DNA of 63,483 bases, counting the filler, from Chrysochromulina tobinii (Eukaryota): the NCBI GenBank assembly GCA_001275005.1. It is 7 parts of 7 records of this genome, joined end to end, with 100 filler letters (N's around TTAATTAATTAA, not from the genome) between each part and the next. Parts side by side here need not be neighbours in the genome. Positions count along the whole stretch, not along the records: positions 21,030 to 27,694 come from JWZX01000411.1; positions 27,795 to 37,280 come from JWZX01000412.1; 5 more parts are not named here. One strand, given 5' to 3'. Positions 23,873 to 32,943 of the stretch are shown piece after piece. Position 1 is the first letter of the stretch. Each line of letters starts with the position of its first letter. The notes beneath the pieces were generated by a model. That model ran no database searches and was not told the origin of the DNA. It was given only the letters and a program-made list of their open reading frames with translations. The translations under genes and the position numbers were made by a program.

Positions 23873-26800
23873 TCAGAGCACGCCCAGCTCCGTCAGCAGG
23901 AAATCAACTTGCTGTGCGAGCGTGCCTTGGCCCTCGATGCCCATGGCCGCATTCGCCTCGGCGACTGCCTTCGCCACCGGCAGCGAAGGGTCGAGTGAGA
24001 GCTCCTCCTTGACGCGCGCCACCTTTTGCGCCATCGTGCGCTCCGCGGTCGGGGAGCCTAGCGGCGCCGTCGTGGGCACGGATTTGGGCGCGGCGCTCGA
24101 CGGTGCCGCCGCGGAGGCGGAGGCGGCGGACGGGGCGGACGGGCGAACCGCACCTCCACCACCACCACCGACGGGGGACATAGCGGCACCGGCGGTGCTG
24201 CTGCTGCTGCTGTCCGTGTCCGACGCACCCCCGGCGGGCGACGAGGCGTGTCGTGCGGTGGTCTGCTGACTGGTCGCCTGATGGACGTTCACTCCCACGG
24301 GCTGACTCGTCGACGGCAGGCGCGCCGCCGTCGAGCCGACGGTCGAGGCGAGGCGCTCGCTCGTGAGCGGCCTGCGATCCGCGCCGTCGTGGGCACGCCT
24401 GGCCGACTCGGTCGCATGCTCGGGCAGCCCGAGGTGCTCATGATGGCGCTTGGGCAGCGGGAGCGGAGGCGCCGTCGCCGCGTCGGCGAGGGCGGCGGAG
24501 GAGGAAGGGGCGGAGGGGGCGGAGGAGGGGGGGGCGGCCCCGTACGGCATCTCTCCTGCCGACACGCCGGCCATCGCATGCGCATGCACTGAGAGCGGCA
24601 AGCCCGTCGTCGTGGGCAGCTCGCCGCCCAGCACGGCGCTCGCGCCCAGCACGGCGGCCGTGAACCCCGCGGTGCCCGCGGACGCGTCGACGGCACCCCC
24701 GAGCACGACGCCGCCCGACACGGCGCCACCAAGGCCGCCCGACACGGCGCCGCCCGACGCGGTGGCGCCGCCGCCTCGAATACTCGTCACTTCCTCGACG
24801 AGCGCGCGCAGCTGGGGCTCGAGCAGGTGCTCGGTTTCGGCAGCTGGGGCGCCCAGCGCGGCGCTCAGGTCGGTGCACGAGCGGCTGCCGAGGACCATCC
24901 CCACACCGCCCCACCAGTCGCGCGGTGACGAAACCTGCGGCTCGAGCGCGATCGAGATCAGAGGTCATCAGAGGTCATCAGAGGTCATCAGAGGTCATCA
25001 GAGGTCATCAGGGGTATGACGAGACCTGCGGCTCGAGCGCGATCGAGATCAGCCGATCGGCCCCCTTGGTGCGCTCGGCGTACTCGAATTGCTTCTTGAG
25101 CGAGTCGTGCCTGATGAGGGAGGCCATCAGCGGTCATCAGAGGTCATCAGCGGCCATCAGAGGCCATCAGAGGCCATCAGAGGCCATCAGAGGCCATCAG
25201 AGGTCATCAGAGGTCATCAGAGCTCATCGAGGCCATCAGAGCTCATCAGAGGCCATCAGAGCTCATCAGAGGCCATCAGAGCTCATCAGAGGCGATCAGA
25301 CGTACGGTCCATCTTTGCCAGCAATCCGATCGAGCGCGCGCGTGCTCACGAAGACGAGCACAAGGTCGGAGTCGTCGATGGCTTCGCATGCCTTCTCGAG
25401 CGAATGGCCCGTTGTAGGCTCGGGCTCGTACCTGATGAGGGAGGCCATCAGAGGTCATCAGAGGTCATCAGAGGTCATCAGAGGTCATCAGAGGTCATCA
25501 GAGGCCATCAGAGGCCACTCTGAGTGGCCCGTAATCAGCCCGTAATCAGCTCGTAATCAGCCCGTACCAGCAGAGGTAGCCCGCAGCTCGTAGCACCTCG
25601 AGCGTGCGCAGCACACGCTCATGCAGCATCCGTCCGCGCGCCGTCCTGAGCACGTCCATGCCCGCCTCGTGCATCAGGAAGAGCTGGCAAGGGCCGTCGC
25701 CCGCCATCCCCGCGGCGAGGCCCGCCCCGAGGGTCGTCGAGAGGGTCGTCGAGAGGGCCGCGGAGGAGGAGGTGCACGCGGACAAGGCGCTGGTCGCGGG
25801 GGAGGCGGCGGCGAGCACGCCCCCCTCCCTGGGTTGGATCGGCAGCGCCTTGGGCACCGTGGACGCAGCTCCCGGCGCGACGGCGCCCGGTACAGCGCGC
25901 GCACCCTCGTGCGGCTCGTCGTCGGTGCAGGACTCGTCAGGCGCGATGCGCAGGTCGGGCGCCTCGACCCACTTGCGCTCGGCCGAGTTCCACACCGACC
26001 AGACGCCACTGATGAGCTCGGGCACCGGAGCGAGCGAGCGCACCTGTGGGGCATTGGGGGGGTGGCGCGGTGGTGAGAACTTGCATGCAGAGGCGTCGCG
26101 CGGGCACTGGAGCGAGGGGCGATGGCGCCGTGGCGAGCACCTGTACCCAGCCCTGGCCAAGCGCCTTCTCGTCGCGCTTGCCCACGTACCAGTACGGCGT
26201 GAGGAACCACACCATCCTTGCCGGGTTGCCCACCTGCTGGTAGCACACGCGGTCGTTGACGAGCTCGCCCTCGCACCTGTGGGGAGAGGCGAGGCGCCGT
26301 GGTGAGCACTTGCATGCACAGGGACCATGCGGTCGTTGACGAGCTCGCCCTCGCACAGTTCATACGTGCCCAGCTTGTCTTGATGACGCTCGCCTGGCGT
26401 TGTACCCGAGAGGATGACGCGCGAGCGCACATGCTCGGTGCAGCCCACGCCGTCAGCCTTGTGCCACACGTTCCCGTCGCCGACTTCCCACACGCCCTTG
26501 ATCGCCTCGGGGATGCGCGCCGAGTCCTGATGAGGGAGGCAATCAAGGGTGTCATCAGAGGCAATCAAGAATGTTATCAGAGGCAATCAAGGGTGTCATC
26601 AGCGCCGAGAGCTCAGTACCTGATGATGGAGGCAATCAAGGGTGTCATCAGAGGCCATCAGTACCTGGCAACGCCAGAAGCCACTCTGCTTGCCGACGGA
26701 GGCCGCTGGCCCGATCCACCAGACGCCCGCCGCGTGCCAGAGCATGGTGTCGCTCTCGGGCCGCTGATAGAACGCGTGGCTGTGCACCTCTTGCCCCTTG

Positions 26801-27647
26801 ACGCGCCGATACGAGCCGAGCTTATCGGCGTACACGGAGCATGCGGGTGGGGTCGGGCCGCTGATGACGACGCGCTCGTTGCCCACGGCGGTGACGCGGA
26901 TGTTCTCGGAGGGGATCCAGCGCTTGTCCACCTGGTTCCAGATCTGCCACACGCCCGTGATCTCCTCGGGCAGCGGCGCCGAGTCGCGCACCTGTGGGGA
27001 AGGGAGCACAACGGGGCGCCGTGGTGAGCACATGCATGCTGAGGGTCTGCTGGTGGGGGGAGGGGCGCGCCGTGGTGAGCACCTGCATCCAGCCCGCTTG
27101 CTTGCCGAGCTCATCGCGCTTGCCCACGTACCAGTAGCCGTTACTGGCCCACACCATGTGGGAGATGGACGGCTCCTTTTCGTACACGGGCTTGCCGTTC
27201 ACCTCGGTGGCCGAGATCATGCGGAACTCGCCCATCTTGTCCTTATGGAGCCCGCTCAGCGGCGCACCGATCACTTGAGCGTGCGAGGCAAAGATCTCAA
27301 TCGTGCGAGCTCCGATGGCCGCGCAGCGCACGTTGGGCGCCTGATTAGGGAGGCAATTAGGGAGGCAATTAGGGAGGCAATTAGGGAGGCAATTAGCGCA
27401 GCGCACGTTGGGCGCCTGATTAGGGAGGCAATTTGGTTATTAGAGGTCATCAAGAGGCAATCATGGCTCATCAGTGTACCTGATGGAGCCGCTCGCCGTC
27501 ACCGACACGCCAGCAGCTCTGCACGAGCTCTGGCGCCGGCGCCGGGTCGCGCACGCAGAGCCACCCCTGCGACTTGCCAAGCTCGTTCTTCTTGCCGAGG
27601 TACCAGTAGCCCGCAGCGTACCAGAGCATGCGGTTATCGTTGCCCAC
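23873..27647 (-). CDS. TIR-domain protein with N-terminal ~95-aa Trp/Gly-rich repeats and a small C-terminal helical domain; 8 cassette introns (27341-27479, 26992-27082, 26527-26664, 26277-26356, 26044-26140, 25432-25567, 25111-25305, 24935-25025); 5' truncated
   Basis: The spliced product reads LFLMHEAG...GYLCWYE...ACEAIDDSDLVLVFVS...LKKQFEYAERTKGADRLISIALEP...WWGGVGMVLGSR, which is TIR_2-like. All exon phases are consistent. Confidence 0.82.
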
Positions 27648-27694
27648 CTGCGGCGCGGCCGAGAAAGGGAGGGAGGGGTGGCGGGGGAGGGAGG

Positions 27695-27794
27695 NNNNNN
27701 NNNNNNNNNNNNNNNNNNNNNNNNNNNNNNNNNNNNNNTTAATTAATTAANNNNNNNNNNNNNNNNNNNNNNNNNNNNNNNNNNNNNNNNNNNN
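27695..27794. other. Artificial contig-joining linker
   Basis: 44N-TTAATTAATTAA-44N. Confidence 0.97.
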
Positions 27795-28341
27795 AAACCG
27801 TGAGTATAACTGTGGTACTGTGAGGGACCTACCGTCCTATAGTAACGTTCTCCCGCAGTACCGTTAGTGCAGTTAGAGTAGAAAGCTCTTCTTACTTGTG
27901 AACACGAAAACACGCCCGTCGTCACACTGAAAACCAATCACCCCCTGAATACTCCACACCGTCTCGACGGACGGCTCCGCTCCCCGTGTCTGTGAATTCA
28001 CCGTCTCAAAGGGCGGCTCCTCTCGCCCCTCGGTCAACACAAGTACTGAGTACTCGCGTCGTCAGGGTGTGGGTGTGGTCGCTAATCTAAGGTAGCTCGT
28101 AAGTCCGGTCTGGGAGTGGAATTGGAAACTGGAGTCTCTCTCGACGCTCTCGCGTCTCGACTCTCTCGGTCTCGCGAGCGGACGGACTTTCTTGTGCACA
28201 TCCGATCCACATGCGTCGCGGTCGTCTCCTGTACACAGCTGATGTATGATCACGCACTCAAACCACGACTGACAAACCTCGTCTCTCTATCGTATCTCGC
28301 CGCTCGAAGCCACGGTCGTCTCCTCGCCCAGAGGTGCCTCC

Positions 28342-29970
28342 TCATCCCTTCCATTCATGGTCAAAGGTCGTCACCGCTGGCAGCAGCCTGTCAACTGCCG
28401 GCTCTGGGAAGGCGCTCTTCGGCCCCTCGCGCAGGTGCCGCTCAGCAATAAGATCCGCGAGATGGTAGATCTCGCGCCAGCTCGCATCCATGGCGGCCTC
28501 GAGCTTGGCAAGATCACGCCCTGCTGAATGCAGCTGGCTCGCGAGTCGCAGGGCGGCAAGTGCCTCCCTCGAGTCTGCCGACATGCCGAGGACCGAGGCG
28601 GCGGCAGAGGCGAGGCCCTGCTTTTTGAGTTGCTTGAGCCGGTCCCTCGCCAGCTTCTGCTGAAGGATGCGTGAATCCCCCTCGGCAAACTTGCAGCAAA
28701 GCAGCATGTCGACGAGCTCGAAGCCGGTGGCATGCATCAAGGCGTACGAGCCCACTTCCTGGCGCAGCGCGTGGCAGCGCTGGATGGCGACGTCGATGCA
28801 CTTGATCTTGGCGATCGCAATCGCGTCGACGAGCTCAGGGCTTGGGATCGTCCCCGCACGAAGGCACTCGTTCAGCCGCTCCTCGACCCCAGAGGTGAAC
28901 GCCTCCATGGAATCGAGCGCGGCATATGATTCATCGAGCACGGCGCGCATCTGCGGCATCGACTCGAGGGTTCGCTCCCCCGAGAGGCCATTGCATACCT
29001 TTTTCGACGCATACGCCTCCGTGCGCATGTGCAGTACACGCGCGCTCACCAGCGCCGCCTCTGCAATCGCCTGACGGCCGGTGAGCAATCTCTGTCCGAT
29101 CACTTCGATTCGCATGCGCTCCTCGCCCACTTGCACGTAGCGCCCCTGCGCGTCGAGATCCGCAAACTTGTTGAGGAGCGCTTTCCTGGGCAGCCGAACC
29201 TTGTCGAACCAGACACGCGCATTGTCGAGGTCGTTTGCAATCGTCTTGTAGCCCATATCCTCGACTCGGATCCCCGGCAACAGCTGGCCGCCCTCGCCAC
29301 GCAGCGTCATCAGAAAGGCGTGCGGGCCGTGGCTCTTGCCGTCGATGCGAAGGTCGGCGATCACAACGCCACGCTCGGCCACAAAGCCCTGGGATATCCA
29401 ATTCTTTGCTGCCGAGTCGCTTGGTGTATGGAGTGTGAAGCTTTCTGTGGCTTGGCACCAGTCGCAAGTCGTCTCCACAATGAGACCGGACAGCACGCCA
29501 GCCTTCTTCTCGGTCAGAAGGAAGCAGCCGAGCGTGCCGTCGCGCTGGAACTCATCGAGGAGTGCAATTTGTTCCTCGCCACCGAGGCCCAAGATTGAGC
29601 CCGCAAAGAGGTTGAACTGGACGGTGAAGCGAACGCCGAAGCCGTTCAGGCCGACACTGGAGAGGAGGCGGTGAGCCAGGAAGAATTTCTCAGGCGCAGC
29701 TCGCATGTCCGTGAACCGCAGGAGCTCAGACTTGACGAGGCGACGGAGCAGCTGACTGCTCTTGGCTGGATCTGTTGCCAAGGGCAGGTCGTTACGCACC
29801 ACGTCAAGGAAGCGCTCGGTGAAGCCAAGCTCGTCGTGGAAGGTGCTCTCAACGTGCAAGTGATGCTCAGTGCTTAGGTAGCGCTTTGTGTTGGTTGTGA
29901 ACATATGTGGTAGGGGAGCCATTCGGGGAGCCACCAGCCGAAGGCGCGGCAGCCGCCGCAGAAGCAGCAT
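28342..29970 (-). CDS. Acyl-CoA oxidase/dehydrogenase family protein with an Arg-rich transit-peptide-like N-terminus
   Basis: Motifs GCFLLTE, FTLHTPSDSAAKNWISQG, GPHAF, DNARVWFDKVRLP and FAEGDSRIL. Confidence 0.9.
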   Translation of the reverse strand: MLLLRRLPRLRLVAPRMAPLPHMFTTNTKRYLSTEHHLHVESTFHDELGFTERFLDVVRNDLPLATDPAKSSQLLRRLVKSELLRFTDMRAAPEKFFLAHRLLSSVGLNGFGVRFTVQFNLFAGSILGLGGEEQIALLDEFQRDGTLGCFLLTEKKAGVLSGLIVETTCDWCQATESFTLHTPSDSAAKNWISQGFVAERGVVIADLRIDGKSHGPHAFLMTLRGEGGQLLPGIRVEDMGYKTIANDLDNARVWFDKVRLPRKALLNKFADLDAQGRYVQVGEERMRIEVIGQRLLTGRQAIAEAALVSARVLHMRTEAYASKKVCNGLSGERTLESMPQMRAVLDESYAALDSMEAFTSGVEERLNECLRAGTIPSPELVDAIAIAKIKCIDVAIQRCHALRQEVGSYALMHATGFELVDMLLCCKFAEGDSRILQQKLARDRLKQLKKQGLASAAASVLGMSADSREALAALRLASQLHSAGRDLAKLEAAMDASWREIYHLADLIAERHLREGPKSAFPEPAVDRLLPAVTTFDHEWKG

Positions 29971-30864
29971 GATTGCGGAGAGAGGAGGCTGAGTGCGCCA
30001 CCCGAAGGAATCCCGATCAACGCTTTGACGAAGCGACGATTCGCTGGCTTTTTCATGTTTGTGATCGCGACCTCACAGTTGGTGATCGGGTCGGCGCGGA
30101 ACATGTTGTTGTGGTGAAAAGTCAGGCTCTCAAGGATTTGAGAATCTCCGCACATCCGGCCGTGAAGCGTGGCGTGAAGCGCGATGCCCCGGCGCCCGCG
30201 GGCTGCAATTTTTGCACACAGAGCGCCATCCGTGAATGCATATCTGTGTGACACGACCTCACACGACTCTCGGTCATGACTACACTAAAGTGATCAATTA
30301 CGAGAAAAGAGCGCGTGATAGAGATACAAGCCAATCATAAGGAGCGAGCCCAGCACAAACCAGGTTGACTTTGGCACGCGAACTGCCTGCGTGACTTGGT
30401 TGAGCTTCTTATTCATGTCGTCTCGCCCTGTATTGTACGACTGCCACAAGCAACGGTCGTGCAAACGGTCGCGGGAATCGGAGCTCTGGTGGATGACAGC
30501 ATCAGGTGCAATTGCGAGCATCAGGTGCATGCGCAGCGCACCGGTTGTCGCTCTCCTCTCTTTCCAGGAGCCTGTTGCACGCTCTTCGGCTCGTATGTTT
30601 CCACGCCAACGCCCATCATCTGCTTGCGTTGCGACATTTAAGATGGCGCCGTGGCGAAAGCCGACTCGCCCCTGGTGTCCTCACGGGGTGGACGCAATTC
30701 TCGAACTTACCGCTTCGTCAAAGGGCGGAAGACGTCTAGTTTGTTATGAGGTTCGGTGTAAAGACACCGGGGGGCGCCGGGACTCACACGGGACACACAC
30801 GGTACGTAACCCGGAGATCTACACGCACCGCCATCTCCACCGTTCACAGTTCAGTTTTCAGTTA

Positions 30865-31145
30865 CTACACATAAACGACAGACGACCTAACGGAAGCCTA
30901 TCGAAAGTGCTCTCGAGGCTAGCAATGGGGGTGAGCTGAGCTGAACTGAACTGAACTGATCTCCACCGCCATCTAAGCCGCCGACGCCCAAACAATGGTA
31001 CAATGCGCCCAAACAATCCAGAATCCTCGACGCCGCGCTGCTCCATATCTCGTAGTCACGTGTGTCGTGTTATTACAATTGTAACGTTCAAGTCAAGTCT
31101 ATACATAAACAACAGATAACCATACGGAAGCCTATCGAATGTGCT
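30865..31145. repeat. Two copies of a 47-nt motif (30865-30911 and 31099-31145; 40/47 identical), each flanked by inverted pentanucleotide microsatellites
   Basis: Direct alignment by eye. Confidence 0.75.
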
Positions 31146-31222
31146 TGACTTGACTTGACTGACTTGACTGTTATCTTTCACACGCAGCCAAAAACTGCGC
31201 GAAGCGATCCGCGAAGCTGTCT

Positions 31223-32671
31223 ATGTGCGACAACCTCGTCGCGCTGCTTCGCGGCCGGCCACCCAACCTCGGCATCGACGGCCTGCCGCGACCTGACTTT
31301 GGTGTTGCCGAACCGTACACAATCCCTTCCGCGCCTGGTCCAGGCGTTGACGACGTTCCACGAGTGGTTTTGTGTTGGCTGCCCGGCGGCATGATGCTCG
31401 CGTGCCCTGTGCCTCAGCTCGCCGCCAGCGAAGTGCGGCAGGAGATTGCTCGTGCATTGCGCGTGCAGGTCGAGGCGCTACGCGAGCACGCGCTGCTTTT
31501 TTGCGACCTGCGCTGGCCCGGCAGCCTAGAGGTGTGGTCAGAGACGACTCCCTTGCCGGACGCCTTTTTTTGTCCTACGTACGGCGTCCGACAATGCTGT
31601 GGCTGCGGGCGACGATCCGCAAGGAATCCGACGTTGCGGCTGTGTCGGCTTCGACCCGGCGGCACGGTGGTGCCGACAGCGATAGCCAGCTCCGAGGCAG
31701 CGCCTTCGCTGGTGCAGCAGCACGGCGCTGCTCGCACGTTCACCGACACGGGCGCGGCGCTAGCCTTCCTCGACAGCGAGGCGGCGCTCGAGGACCTGCG
31801 GCGTGGGGATTCGCCGGCCGATGCGTGCGCGCTGGCGGAGTTGGCGGCGCTCGCATTGCTTCTGGGCACTGGGCTGACGGACGTGCTGCATTCGCAGCGG
31901 CTTCTGCGCCGAACGCTGCCGACGCTCGCGCCGTCGCTACACCCGCGCCGCCGCGAGCTTCTGGCCGCGACGGCCGAAGACGTGCTGCGCAACCACGCCC
32001 AAGCCTCCTCCGAGATAACCTCCGAGTTGGCCGATGGGCCTCTCAGCTCCCCTCTCAGCTCCCTCGCGGCGCGTCGGCGACTGCTCGAGCGACTGCGCGA
32101 AGTGCTGCCGCTCGTGCGGCTCGACGTGTTGCTCGGAGAGGCACCGAGGCAGATAACCTCCGAGATGACCTCCGAGATGGTCGGAGAGGCACCGAGGCAG
32201 AGCATAGACCTTGCACAGTGCCTCACGCTGGCGGGCAGCTTGCGCGGCGGATCGCGCTGGCGTCGACGCCAAAGGAGCATCTTTTTGACGGTAGGCGAGA
32301 ACGGCGTTGCACTGCTCGATCGGCCGGTAGCCACTGGTGCCGTGCAGCCAAGCACGCGCGTCGACGCGCGCCGCCTCGAGCTGAGGCCTCTGGCATGGCT
32401 GCCGTGGCGTGCCATCACCTCATGGCGTACGACGGCCTCGGTGGCCGATGCCATCGAGCTGGTGCTTGTGGCTCCAGCGGAGCTGCCAGGCTTGGGTCCG
32501 CTGCAGCTCTCATTGGGCCACCAACGGCCGGCAGGCCCGAGCACAAAGCTGTGCTTCTACAGCGCACAGGCGGCGCTTGTCGGCTGTCTGCTGACGGCGC
32601 ATGGGGTTGCAGAGGTGACGGCGAGCGCCGCGTCGGAAGCGTCGCTGCCCGCGGTGGCCACGCGCATCTAA
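31223..32671 (+). CDS. Hypothetical protein with a possible C-terminal FERM-C/PH-like domain
   Basis: 482-aa ORF containing IFLTVGENGVALLD...LPWRAITSW. The domain call is weak. Confidence 0.55.
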   Translation: MCDNLVALLRGRPPNLGIDGLPRPDFGVAEPYTIPSAPGPGVDDVPRVVLCWLPGGMMLACPVPQLAASEVRQEIARALRVQVEALREHALLFCDLRWPGSLEVWSETTPLPDAFFCPTYGVRQCCGCGRRSARNPTLRLCRLRPGGTVVPTAIASSEAAPSLVQQHGAARTFTDTGAALAFLDSEAALEDLRRGDSPADACALAELAALALLLGTGLTDVLHSQRLLRRTLPTLAPSLHPRRRELLAATAEDVLRNHAQASSEITSELADGPLSSPLSSLAARRRLLERLREVLPLVRLDVLLGEAPRQITSEMTSEMVGEAPRQSIDLAQCLTLAGSLRGGSRWRRRQRSIFLTVGENGVALLDRPVATGAVQPSTRVDARRLELRPLAWLPWRAITSWRTTASVADAIELVLVAPAELPGLGPLQLSLGHQRPAGPSTKLCFYSAQAALVGCLLTAHGVAEVTASAASEASLPAVATRI

Positions 32672-32943
32672 AGCTCGCACGAGACGTGGGAAGGTCTACA
32701 ACAGAATACATTAATCTAGATCAGATTTAGTATCATATGATATCATGCCAAATATCAAAAATCGATGATATCATCGATGGTCAACACCCTCGAGTGAGAG
32801 TGAGTTATTGAGACACAGACACACCGTGGAACAATAGGGGGTACAGGTCGAGTTACCCACAAAGGTAGTACTGTAGCGACGGACCGCCCGCCGCAACGCG
32901 TTTGGCGCCTTAGCGATCTTTTCAAAAAAAGGTTGTCGTCGTC

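Noticed and set aside
24925..25545. ORFs encoding HQRSSEVIRG / SSDVIRRHQT peptides
   Set aside because: They are antisense translations of intronic 10-nt arrays, not proteins.
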